DNA of 64,000 nt from Amphiscolops sp. MND2022. Its lineage: Eukaryota. The translations under genes were made by a program, and so were the position numbers. Positions within the stretch are counted from its first letter, which is position 1, and each line of letters opens with the position of its first letter. The stretch is taken from NCBI GenBank assembly GCA_964187785.1, contig OZ076421.1:8990001-9054000 (forward strand), read 5' to 3'. Positions 36,657 through 49,399 of the stretch are shown here, piece by piece. The notes under the pieces are model-generated. The model saw only the letters and a list, made by a program, of their open reading frames with translations, was not told the origin of the DNA and searched no databases.

Positions 36657-37025
36657 TGGTCTTAGTCTTTCTTTTCTTCTTCTTCGTTCTATAGTGAAAG
36701 AAAACCAATGACTTAAGAAATCTTAGTTAACTCTGATTATATACTCTGATGTCAATAATAAAACTGTCATTACTCAGATTAGATAATCATCATCGTATGT
36801 ACTTTAGATCATCTGGAAACTAGGTTTGCTTAGACTACTTGGGTAATAGAAGCATCACTGAATAGATTAGTAGATTACAAATGATGAAAATTTCTAATAA
36901 TAGAGGCATCGCTAAATGTATTAGTAGATTACAAACAAAGGAAACATCAGCTTCTTGAATTGGATTTCGGATGTCAAGATGTCAAGTCTTTAGGAATATT
37001 TGAGGTCATGTATCATGGCATCACG
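36657..37025 (-). repeat. 3' LTR of the env-bearing Gypsy (left boundary approximate)
   Basis: The minus strand starts CGTGATGCCATGATACATGACCTCAAA. Blocks of similarity to the LTR at 17865-18270 (GAAAGAAAACC, AACTCTGA, GTCAATAATA, AACTGTCAT). Confidence 0.7.
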
Positions 37026-37954
37026 ATCAATCATCCGGGTTTTTGAAAAACAATTATACCTGCACACTTGAGAAGTGGCTTCTCGTTCTGAAGTGTTTAG
37101 AGTCATGATGTTTTCAGGTGTTATGAAAGGAGGAACTTGTTCTATTCTTAAGGAGTGCGAACACCCTAAAACCTGAAATCGGTCAAACAGCTTTTTATGG
37201 TTCGGTTCTGCTCACATTGGTGCAACTTGAAAAGTCAGAAAACGATTGGTTTGGTTCGAGTTATTGTTTGACAACATGTACTTTCTATTATCTTTTGAGA
37301 GTTCAAATTCTTTCAACTATCCTATCAACAAATTCAAAAAATTTCGAAGTATTCAGCATGAGTTGTTTTGAATGAACAAATTTTTGAAAGCTGAAAACTA
37401 ATGATTAAACTAGGTTGTCAATGAATTATGAAACAACATTAGCGCGTAGTGAACGAATGTGAAAGAGGTCATATCTTCCAAAGAGAACAATTTCAACTGA
37501 CGTGAAAAAAGGACGTTGCAGAAGTGTTTTTTAAACTTTGGAAATCAAAAATTTTTTGTGATGTTCTAGTAGTATATCGTTTTGTACTGTAGAAAAGAAA
37601 GTACTTTCATTGAACTAACAGGAGAGGAAATGTGTAATATGTAAGAACATTGTTGTACTAAGCACTAATATTGTATTTTGCCACAAAAATTGTTGTAGGA
37701 AGATAACACGATTACAAAAAAAAACTAGAGAAATATGGTTATACAAGATTAAACATTGAATTTTCAATCATACAACGAAATATCGGGGTTAAAAGAATAA
37801 ATAAAGTTTGAGTACAGTTTGAAAAGCTTAAGACTTCTGGGAGCAGCAGTTTGAAACAATTGAAGGTATGAAGACCAGTGACATGGAGAGTCATGAAGAT
37901 GGCGTTAAGTGGATGGCAACGACAGGAAGTCAGGAGGTGGATGTCAATGTTAGT

Positions 37955-38125
37955 ATAGGTGGCAGAAGTGGAGTTATCTACATGGTGGGCAGCAGAAGTG
38001 AAGTCATCTAGATTGAGGGCGGCAGAAATGATGTCGTTGAGATTGTGGGCGGCAGAAGTGAAGTGTATCTGAATTGTGGGCAGCAGAAGAGAAGTCGTCT
38101 GGATTGTGGGCGGCAGTAGTAAAGT
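37955..38125. repeat. 30-bp tandem repeat, six copies
   Basis: (G/A)GCAGAAGTG at 37961, 37991, 38021, 38051, 38082 and 38112; encodes LLPPT/TSAAH repeats on the minus strand. Confidence 0.85.
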
Positions 38126-39049
38126 CACTTGGGGCGTTGAAAATCGAAGAGTTTGTTTAGTTAGAGTTGGATGAACACTTGGGTCTCACTTCTCTAATTT
38201 ATGAGTGTCTTCAAAGGTATGGAGAACTACATTGAAAGCAACGATGACTTCTTCCATGACGAGTTGGAGGTAGTAAGCTTTTTGAGAGAAGACGAATCAA
38301 CTACAAAAACCGTGTTTGAGACGATTTCGCAAAGGGCCAATGAAATGTCCTTCTGATGTAACCGAAGGTATTGTCCAGACGGAAAATTTTTCTGTGAAAG
38401 TCTGAAGATTGAGTGTGGAAGTTGAAAAAAAACCTGGCTGTGGAACGCCGAATACTAGCAGGATTGATTTTGTTTGCAAGTTTCTTGGTCATAGATTTTG
38501 AAGATGACTTACTTTAAAGTATCGACATTTAAAGAGGTGACAGTAACTGAAGTGGTTGATTTGGTTTCGTTTTGTTTACGGAAAATCAGGCAGACTATGG
38601 ATGACGATGGAGAAAATTACAAAATGGAAAAATCTGGTATGAAGGTAGAGTTGAAATGACGGAAGGATGTTGTGTCGTAATTTGAAAAAGACTATTCCAA
38701 GGAAAAAGAAGAACGGAAGTTGAGAGAAGAGACGTTTCGAAACAAGGTAAAAAGGTATCGAAGGGTCATATGAAGAATTTTGTTGGTTCTAGTTTGTGCT
38801 ATAAGTTTGTGGTGCGTGGTGTTACTGTTTTGTTCTATGAGGTTTTTGAAAGCCAAGTTCATTTGAAGCAAGCGGCAAATTAGAAGTGCCAAGTTAGGTC
38901 AGACAAGTGTATCAAGGGAAGAAAATGTTCCAATAAAAACTATAAAAAATGTTACCTGTCAAATATAGGAAAGTGTTCCAGAGAGAATCAAAAAACAAAG
39001 TTTTACCTGTGTGGATTCAAAGCGAATTAGAATTTAAAATGTGTTAAGA

Positions 39050-41000
39050 TTTTGGAGTATTGCTTGAAATGCTTTTGATGATTGAGTGCTTCTTTGAAAG
39101 GCAATATCTAAAGATTGTTGTATACTATATGTGCGATCATAGCATTCAAGTTAGTGTGTGAGAGTTTGTAGTGAAGAATCTGTAGGATTATCTTTGTATG
39201 GCTCAAGTTTGCGGGTAATATAACAAAGAGTACGTGAATTAAAACATTGTTGAGTTTGTCAGTGAAGGTGATTGATCTTGGAGATGATGGGGTGTAAGGT
39301 AATGTTCAGAGTGTTTTGAGTTTTGATGATCGGAAATCTTTGATGCTCCTCCTGATTTGACCATAAAGAAAATCACTAAGGGGGAAAGAAGTTAGAATTC
39401 ATTCTATGAATGCTTGTTTCGACAAAGCTGTGTAATACGACTATCCTTTGTCATCAAGAGAAGCAGAAACAAGCTGCTTAATGACAACAAGAGGTTTGAC
39501 ATTTAGAGTAGGTACATTACAAGATAGAAATTCATCAAAGTGTAGTAATTTTTTCGTGGATCAAGGAGCGGTCGAGTTGTATCATTGTGTGATAGAAGAC
39601 AGAAATACAGTCATATTTACGTAGGTAGCCATTTAAACGAGAGTGACCAATAGTCTAAAGGTTGATCAAGATGTAGGGTGAGGTGTATTTATAGTGAACA
39701 GAATTGTAATTCTGAGGCTTCTTGTGTTTGAGAAGTGTTGTGTAGGTGAAATGATGGGTTGCTGTTTGAGAAGCAGCAAGAAAAGAAGGATCATTCGCAT
39801 CAGTTTTGAGATCATAAATTGATTGTCTAAAAAGTGAAATTAGCGAGTAGATTTTGACATTGTTGTAATGTGATAAGCCAGTAATGGTACGGACTCAATA
39901 GTATAGAGGCAATGGATGTAGAAAATCTTGGTTTTTGTCATAAAGTTTGACTTCGTAGTCAGTAGGATGAATGTACAATGAGGTCAGTTGTGATTTGAAA
40001 ATAAATCTATCATGTGAGAGAATTGGTATTAGATGGTTTTTCCGTTGCGTTGGAAGAGACGTCTCGTTGCGTTTTTTTGAATAATTTTTTGATGTATCGA
40101 TTGAAGAAGTTAGGAGAGCTGGGACTTTCATTATGTCATATTTCTTTTTGGAAGGTGTTGGAATTGAATGTGATTGCTGAAGTAAGAAAGTTTTAGGAGG
40201 TGTATCATCACTTTTGTCAGGAGATTATGTGATGGTGTTTCTAGTTTCCATTTGTTCATTTAATGTGGGATCCAAAAGTTCAACCTGGTCAAGAAAGAGA
40301 ATTGGAGAACTATTACACAAAGGTTTAGCAGTAGAATTTGAAATCTTAGAAGTAGTTGGTGGGTCTAGTTGGAATTGAAGATGATATTGAGTCATAAGAA
40401 AAATTACTAACGAGTTGCTTAATCTTGGTTCTGAGGAGACGGTTGTGAAAGAACACGGATTTTAACGGTAGAATATTTATTCCGGGCAAAAAAGATTTCA
40501 AATTTAGGCTCAGTTTGAAAACAGTCGAGGCAATTTTCACAATTGGAGTCAAGAAGAAAACAACTGTTGCTTAGGAGAAGAAGTGTTGATTGACTGATGT
40601 TAGGAAGATGGTTGTGGAAAGACGTTATTTGGTTTAGAATAGATTTTGACAGAACAGTCAATTTCATAGTGATCAGTTGTAGAGTCTAAAGGATAGTTGT
40701 CACTGTTTGGATTTTTACTAGAATTTTGAGAGTGTTGGTAGTGGTGTAAACGATGGCAATGTTTTAAAAAGATTATGAGAATAGGACTTGCCTTTGGGAC
40801 AAAATTCGAGACGTGACATATTTGCGAGTTTCCGTAAGGTCGTTTCATATAGAATGGTCGCGGAGATGTAATTCCCCTTTGAATGGTGAGGGTTTGTGGT
40901 TTGTGAGTATGCGAGGAATTTAGGTTATTTAATTATTTAATCAACAGAATTAGTCAACAAAATTAAAAGGAGATTGGTCTAATGGGTTTCAGTGACGGTA
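39050..41000 (-). pseudogene. Post-env accessory ORF (ORF4), degenerate
   Basis: Its 3' part is homologous to ORFs 70-737. It lies directly downstream of the env TM segment; the start is approximate. Confidence 0.55.
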
Positions 41001-41021
41001 AAAGATTGTTCTAAAGGGTTT

Positions 41022-43117
41022 TCAGTGATGGTTGACAAAGGAAATTCGGGAGAATATGCCAACAGGTAATGCTCGCTTTCGAGGATGTATGTCTTTCAGG
41101 TCATTGACCATTTCAGCTGTACGAATGTTCAAAGAACCACGTGCGACAGAACTAAAGATTGTAATGTTTTGTTGAATATTGTATTCAATTGAAATTGTTT
41201 TATAAAATTTGAAAAGAAGAGTTAGACGTGCTTGTACAGAGAAGAACGTAGAAATATATGTTCCACATTGTGTTAGTATATAACATGGGTAACCAAATAG
41301 TGTAATTAAAGCATTAGCCAACAATGTTCGTGCGAAAGGTGGTGTAAAGTTGAGAAATTTATCATGTAGTTCAATACGAAGTGAATTATAAGGATTGTCA
41401 TGAGAAATATGTGCATCAGAATAATCTGGAGTATAAGTAAATGAATGAATAACTAAGTGTTTTTCCAAGTAGTTGGAGAGCAGTATCGGAACGTTTTGAG
41501 AAAAGATTCTTTTCCGAAACTGATCAAGTTCTGCATTAGACTATATACCAGCATCTTGAGCTGTAAATGAATACAGTCTTATTATAATGTATTTTTTGAG
41601 AAGAAGTAAACATAAGAGGAGTGTTTGGTTTTGTAGGTTCTGGGCGGAGAAGATAAAAGTCTTGTTCATCAAAATCAGGATCAATTTCCATTGTTTTTTA
41701 AAGATAATGTCACAGGGTGTAGGAATAGCATAATCATAAAATTGTCTGGTGAAAGGGCCTACAAACATGACAGTACTTTTGTAATGTATAAAGGTTCTGT
41801 TAAAGCAACGATCAGTTACTTCAATTTCCGGGTGAAAAAATCCAGCAAGTGCAGGGTTTTGGACAGACATAGCGAGTATTGTAAGTATTTGGTTGCGTTC
41901 TAATTTGCATACGGTATGAAGACTTTTAAATTCTTGAACAGTCATGTGACAAAAAACATGATTTTTTGTATAATCTTTTTTTGTCTCTACGTGCGTCATA
42001 TTCAATGGTAGCAAAGTTGTTTGATACGTTTAAAACGGGAAGAATAGTGTCGTTGTGATTTGTCTGATAATGATTTTCCTGAGATGTATTCCTTGATTAG
42101 GCTGACGATTTGGTTGCCCTGTATTCTTACAACTTTCTTGGAATGCAACAAAAAGATCTCAATTTTGTGTACAATATAGAGGTTCAGGTTTGACACAAAA
42201 TGCATGAGCATGAAAACAAAATTCAAAACGTGAAAGACTACGATTATGAGGGTGTGTGGTGAATGGAAATAGGTGTAAGAATTGCCTTTACTTCCTGAAG
42301 TGGAATCAGATTTATAAGGAACTGAAGAGTGTATAAAAGAATCGGTTTCTGTCCATTGGAATGGAGACGAAAAAATTACTAAACCATACAAGAGGGAAAA
42401 AGGTTTTGGGTGTGAGTCTGCAGAAACCGTCTGCAAGGTACCATGGTGATGTATGTCCATCTATTATCATTATGTCTGTATCATCATAGGTCAGTTCTAC
42501 TTCAGAAACGGAAAGTACTGAGATTTACTTCAAATTGCTGATGGTCGAGACAATTACGTAGAGGTGCAGGCATGTAGGTTTAAGCGTCAATATACAACAT
42601 TGTATTATATTGTGAACCGTTAGGGGTTTGAAATTGTTCAAGTTTTTCTTGAAAGTTTTGATCTTCTAAAATGTAAAGATGCTGTTTTAATTGAAGGTGT
42701 TCATTGTTTTAATGCTTGTACCATTATGATAACGAATAAGGTTCTTACATTCTAATGAGTCAAGCGTTACAGGAAGAGATAGTGTGTTATGATTCCAGAG
42801 TGTTCTGTCAACACGTCTATATTTGACTGAGCCTCGAAAACAGACTTTTCTTTCTTTCTTTGCGAAAGCTTCACATTCGAACATTTCGAAAAGCTCGAAT
42901 GTTGTATGTTTGAAATGACTTCAGTGCATTGTTTTACAATAAGTGCATTGAATTGTCGTGTAATATGTTGTTTTACACAGTCATAGTGGGAAACCATATG
43001 ATTCATGAGATTAGGATCATCTGGAGGAAGATAATTGTCTGTACTTGTTAGTTCAAGAGGAATAGAGTGTGAGAATAGGACCCTGTGGCAACAGAATGTG
43101 TAAAACTTGATTAGTAC
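41022..43117 (-). pseudogene. env: Envelope glycoprotein gene, copy 1 (class III gB/chuvirus-G-like), frameshifted
   Basis: Signal-like N-terminus, SHYDCVKQH, VCKLERNQILTILAMSVQNPALAGF, CFNRTFIHYKSTVMFVGPFTRQFYDYAIPTPCD, and C-terminal hydrophobic LFGYPCYILTQCGTYISTFF. Confidence 0.7.
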
Positions 43118-44564
43118 ATCAGTTGTTAATATCTGTATTTTAGAAAGGTGTTTTATATTTGAGGCCTGAGTATGAATTATAGAACAGATTTTTGTCAAGT
43201 GCTAAGTCTGGAAGAGCAAGCTCTCTGTTGAAGTCTACAGATGTATTTACAAAAGCAGCAGGTATAGTTTGATGTTGTATTTTGACAAGTTGGAAGTGTG
43301 GATGTGCGTTAAGTTTTTGAAATCTCACTTTAACTTAACGCATCAGTTTTGAGATCATAAATTGATTGTCTAAAAAGTGAAATTAGCGAGTAGATTTTGA
43401 CATTGTTGTAATGTGATAAGCCAGTAATGGTACGGACTCAATAGTTTAGAGGCAATGGATGTAGAAAATCTTGGTTTTTGTCATAAAGTTTGACTTCGTA
43501 GTCAGTAGGATGAATGTACAATGAGGTCAGTTGTGATTTGAAAATAAATCTATCATGTGAGAGAATTGGTATTAGATGGTTTTTCCGTTGCGTTGGAAGA
43601 GACGTCTCGTTGCGTTTTTTTGAATAATTTTTTGATGTATCGATTGAAGAAGTTAGGAGAGCTGGGACTTTCATTATGTCATATTTCTTTTTGGAAGGTG
43701 TTGGAATTGAATGTGATTGCTGAAGTAAGAAAGTTTTAGGAGGTGTATCATCACTTTTGTCAGGAGATTATGTGATGGTGTTTCTAGTTTCCATTTGTTC
43801 ATTTAATGTGGGATCCAAAAGTTCAACCTGGTCAAGAAAGAGAATTGGAGAACTATTACACAAAGGTTTAGCAGTAGAATTTGAAATCTTAGAAGTAGTT
43901 GGTGGGTCTAGTTGGAATTGAAGATGATATTGAGTCATAAGAAAAATTACTAACGAGTTGCTTAATCTTGGTTCTGAGGAGACGGTTGTGAAAGAACACG
44001 GATTTTAACGGTAGAATATTTATTCCTGGCAAAAAAGATTTCAAATTTAGGCTCAGTTTGAAAACAGTCGAGGCAATTTTCACAATTGGAGTCAAGAAGA
44101 AAACAACTGTTGCTTAGGAGAAGAAGTGTTGATTGACTGATGTTAGGAAGATGGTTGTGGAAAGACGTTATTTGGTTTAGAATAGATTTTGACAGAACAG
44201 TCAATTTCATAGTGATCAGTTGTAGAGTCTAAAGGATAGTTGTCACTGTTTGGATTTTTACTAGAATTTTGAGAGTGTTGGTAGTGGTGTAAACGATGGC
44301 AATGTTTTAAAAAGATTATGAGAATAGGACTTGCCTTTGGGACAAAATTCGAGACGTGACATATTTGCGAGTTTCCGTAAGGTCGTTTCATATAGAATGG
44401 TCGCGGAGATGTAATTCCCCTTTGAATGGTGAGGGTTTGTGGTTTGTGAGTATGCGAGGAATTTAGGTTATTTAATTATTTAATCAACAGAATTAGTCAA
44501 CAAAATTAAAAGGAGATTGGTCTAATGGGTTTCAGTGACGGTAAAAGATTGTTCTAAAGGGTTT

Positions 44565-46660
44565 TCAGTGATGGTTGACAAAGGAAATTCGGGAAAATAT
44601 GCCAACAGGTAATGCTCGCTTTCGAGGATGTATGTCTTTCAGGTCATTGACCATTTCAGCTGTACGAATGTTCAAAGAACCACGTGCGACAGAACTAAAG
44701 ATTGTAATGTTTTGTTGAATATTGTATTCAATTGAAATTGTTTTATAAAATTTGAAAAGAAGAGTTAGACGTGCTTGTACAGAGAAGAACGTAGAAATAT
44801 ATGTTCCACATTGTGTTAGTATATAACATGGGTAACCAAATAGTGTAATTAAAGCATTAGCCAACAATGTTCGTGCGAAAGGTGGTGTAAAGTTGAGAAA
44901 TTTATCATGTAGTTCAATACGAAGTGAATTATAAGGATTGTCATGAGAAATATGTGCATCAGAATAATCTGGAGTATAAGTAAATGAATGAATAACTAAG
45001 AGTTTTTCCAAGTAGTTGGAGAGCAGTATCGGAACGTTTTGAGAAAAGATTCTTTTCCGAAACTGATCAAGTTCTGCATTAGACTATATACCAGCATCTT
45101 GAGCTGTAAATGAATACAGTCTTATTATAATGTATTTTTTGAGAAGAAGTAAACATAAGAGGAGTGTTTGGTTTTGTAGGTTCTGGGCGGAGAAGATAAA
45201 AGTCTTGTTCATCAAAATCAGGATCAATTTCCATTGTTTTTTAAAGATAATGTCACAGGGTGTAGGAATAGCATAATCATAAAATTGTCTGGTGAAAGGG
45301 CCTACAAACATGACAGTACTTTTGTAATGTATAAAGGTTCTGTTAAAGCAACGATCAGTTACTTCAATTTCCGGGTGAAAAAATCCAGCAAGTGCAGGGT
45401 TTTGGACAGACATAGCGAGTATTGTAAGTATTTGGTTGCGTTCTAATTTGCATACGGTATGAAGACTTTTAAATTCTTGAACAGTCATGTGACAAAAAAC
45501 ATGATTTTTTGTATAATCTTTTTTTGTCTCTACGTGCGTCATATTCAATGGTAGCAAAGTTGTTTGATACGTTTAAAACGGGAAGAATAGTGTCGTTGTG
45601 ATTTGTCTGATAATGATTTTCCTGAGATGTATTCCTTGATTAGGCTGACGATTTGGTTGCCCTGTATTCTTACAACTTTCTTGGAATGCAACAAAAAGAT
45701 CTCAATTTTGTGTACAATATAGAGGTTCAGGTTTGACACAAAATGCATGAGCATGAAAACAAGATTCAAAACGTGAAAGACTACGATTATGAGGGTGTGT
45801 GGTGAATGGAAATAGGTGTAAGAATTGCCTTTACTTCCTGAAGTGGAATCAGATTTATAAGGAATTGAAGAGTGTATAAAAGAATCGGTTTCTGTCCATT
45901 GGAATGGAGACGAAAAAATTACTAAACCATACAAGAGGGAAAAAGGTTTTGGGTGTGAGTCTGCAGAAACCGTCTGCAAGGTACCATGGTGATGTATGTC
46001 CATCTATTATCATTATGTCTGTATCATCATAGGTCAGTTCTACTTCAGAAACGGAAAGTACTGAGATTTACTTCAAATTGCTGATGGTCGAGACAATTAC
46101 GTAGAGGTGCAGGCATGTAGGTTTAAGTGTCAATATACAACATTGTATTATATTGTGAACCGTTAGGGGTTTGAAATTGTTCAAGTTTTTCTTGAAAGTT
46201 TTGATCTTCTAAAATGTAAAGATGCTGTTTTAATTGAAGGTGTTCATTGTTTTAATGCTTGTACCATTATGATAACGAATAAGGTTCTTACATTCTAATG
46301 AGTCAAGCGTTACAGGAAGAGATAGTGTGTTATGATTCCAGAGTGTTCTGTCAACACGTCTATATTTGACTGAGCCTCGAAAACAGACTTTTCTTTCTTT
46401 CTTTGCGAAAGCTTCACATTCGAACATTTCGAAAAGCTCGAATGTTGTATGTTTGAAATGACTTCAGTGCATTGTTTTACAATAAGTGCATTGAATTGTC
46501 GTGTAATATGTTGTTTTACACAGTCATAGTGGGAAACCATATGATTCGTGAGATTAGGATCATCTGGAGGAAGATAATTGTCTGTACTTGTTAGTTCAAG
46601 AGGAATAGAGTGTGAGAATAGGACCCTGTGGCAACAGAATGTGTAAAACTTGATTAGTAC
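44565..46660 (-). pseudogene. env: Envelope glycoprotein gene, copy 2
   Basis: Duplicate of copy 1 with the same frameshifts. Confidence 0.7.
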
Positions 46661-46682
46661 ATCAGTTGTTAATATCTGTATT

Positions 46683-49068
46683 TTAGAAAGGTGTTTTATA
46701 TTTGAGGCCTGAGTATGAATTATAGAACAGATTTTTGTCAAGTGCTAAGTCTGGAAGAGCAAGCTCTCTGTTGAAGTCTACAGATGTATTTACAAAAGCA
46801 GCAGGTATAGTTTGATGTTGTATTTTGACAAGTTGGAAGTGTGGATGTGCGTTAAGTTTTTGAAATCTCACTTTAACTTCAAACTTTCTTTCTAAATAAA
46901 GGTTTTGAAGTCTCTTAAAATGTACTACTTTTCGTTTTTTAGAGATTGTATCGTTATTCTTGGTAAATCGTTCTGTGGGAATAGGAAAACGTGGATCGTA
47001 TTTTGTCACATCCGTAACACGTAATGGAGAGTCAGCGAAATTAGGAGTAGGATGTCTAGATTTATCTGTAGTGAAATATTCGGGAAGTCGTACTGTAGGT
47101 GCTACTGGAGCTGGTGCTATAACTTCTGAAAAAAAAACCAGATAGGTAAGCAGTGTGTACATCTGAGGATATTGGGGAAGCAGTGTGCGTTCCAGACGTA
47201 AAATAAGAGCGTGGATTTTTTCCAAAAAGATTTTTTTGACAGAGTGATCGTTTTAGAGGAAAGTGTATCAGAGGAAAATGGTTGAGCTTGTTGTCTTAGA
47301 AGGCGAGATATTCAGAACAGACGTATCAGTACTTTGTCGTTGATTAGGCGGAGGGCGAACATTATAACGAGTTTGAAGATTGAAAAGTGAACATGAATAT
47401 GAAAAGTTTGAAGATTGAAAAGTAACTTGAATATGAAAAGTGAGTTTGAATATGAGTCTTGTGATGGTTTGTATGCTTGTGTTGAATCGTCTAATATTAT
47501 TTATAGTGACGTAGAAAATTGTTTAAAATGTTTGTCGTTTTTAAAGAAGGGCAAAATTGAGATTTTGTAGATGATCCCACTTCCGTAGGTAGTGGAGAGT
47601 ATGTTGATTCAGGTATTCGTCCTATATCTAGTTGAGGCTGTATTCTAGATGTTTTCATATCAGTACCATGTTTTTATGGTTTATAGTTTACGAGTTTGGC
47701 ATTTGAACAAAAAATGGACAAGAAGAGTATGGATAAGTGAAGGTTATAATTGAGTATCTGGAGTGGTTTCACTTTGGGGTGGTCCGTCGACAATGGAAGG
47801 TTTATGTAGAAACAAAGTACTAGAAGTGTGTGAACTGCTATTAGAGGAAATATCAAATATGTGAGAAGTTGGTCTCTTCGAGGGTGGTGTAGTTACATTG
47901 CGTGGTTGTGTTGATAAAACAGTTAGTGAAGTTGGCGTGAATAAGCTTGAACCATATGGGGAAGTTTCTGAAGAAGAATTCACGTTTTCAAAGAATTACA
48001 AGTTTTTCAGTTACTTTTGCCTGAATATTACATTTTGTTCAATTTCTCTTTTTGACCCTAACTCCTTTGTCATTGATGAAACATATAAATGATCATTGAT
48101 CGAAAACTTTGGATGGTGAAATGAAAAGTCGATTATCTTTTCGTGGTTGCTGTCTCAATTTGTATTGGGTTTCGAAATGTCTATCATTTGACGTATTACG
48201 AAATAAAGATTTAGACAAGTTATCAGGAGGGTGACACGGCCGATTTGAAAGAGGATTAGTGTCACGGGTCATTTGGAGACGTATTTGGATTAGTTGAATC
48301 AGTTGTTGTAGAGGGGATGTGAGGTGGAGCTATTTGGATGACTTGACATCCGATTAGGAAGTATCAGAATTAAGATGAGAGTAATCACTCTTAGTGTACT
48401 TAATAAGTTCTGGGATGTCAGATTTACCTGAATCTGAAAAACACATAAAATTGCGGATTTCAGGATAAAGAAGGGGTTCTTTTTCGGATAAAAAAGTAAT
48501 AAATTATTTCTGTGAATATGGAAGATAGTATCACCTTGTGATAAACGTTCAAACTTTACATCTGGAAGTCAATCATCGAGTCTTTTATAGGGACCATATA
48601 GAAGAGTATGAGTATGAAAAACGTACAAGAGTGACGTTACATTTCAAAACAAATGTACTACGTGGGATAGGTTTACCTTCGTGATACCTTTTCGGATTGT
48701 AAACTTGTGAAAATGTTTTTTTTTCAAACTTTAATCATGTACTACAGAAAAATTGTAACAAAGCGATTTCAACGGAAAAACAAGTGCGGAAATGGTTTGG
48801 ATTGTGTTCTCGAAAAGAATGGATTAAGGTCAGTTTGTCATAATGAGATTGTTTAGGTAGTTGAGAAAAATATTCGCAAATACAAGTGTTATTTTTATCA
48901 TGATTAATGTTTAAATCGAATTTTAAAGGAATACGAGGTCGTGTATGGAAAATTGTTTACTTAGGTGAACCAATTAGTGCTGGAAGAGATGTGAATGATG
49001 TGCAATTGCGTGCATATGAACTTGGTATGCCCAATCCTTGAGAATTGTTTTGTAAAAACATAGGAATA
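46683..49068 (-). pseudogene. pol: Gypsy integrase C-terminus and extended pol tail
   Basis: IPMFLQNN..DW, IFHTRPRIPLKFDLN and downstream degenerate frames continuing to ORF 47225-46683. Confidence 0.65.
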
Positions 49069-49399
49069 AGTAGTATGATGGTGAGCAGATCAAGTGGGGG
49101 GGATGGAAGACCCACATGTTTTAAGATAGGCTATAGAGAGCCGACTGGACTCCATAGCCGAAAAGGGTGTTCCACCCTCACAAATGGCTTCAGCTCGTCT
49201 CGTTCCTGATTGCAATTGTTTGTCGACACGGGCCGTGCTCGATTCTGATTGGCTGACGACTCTGGCTCGAATCTGATACAAGGTATGGAGCCGAGTTGAT
49301 TCCCTTTTATAAAGATGTGCTCAATGTATAAAGACAGGGAGAAGCTTCGGCAATGTATTAATATTAGTAATAGGGTTTTTTGACACTTTTTCATCACTG

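Larger units (their letters stand above)
39796..46879. repeat. Direct tandem duplication, 3,543-bp period (39796-43336 and 43339-46879, with AA at the junction)
   Basis: The ORF track repeats with an exact +3543 offset; about 8 single-base differences were seen by eye. Confidence 0.97.
36657..49068 (-). mobile_element. 3' half of an env-encoding Gypsy (integrase tail, env, ORF4, 3' UTR, LTR), cut by the Polinton
   Basis: Integrase C-terminal motifs (IFHTRPRIPLKFDLN) run up to 49068, followed by a long pol tail, a cysteine-rich glycoprotein gene, a conserved extra ORF and the LTR. Confidence 0.8.
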
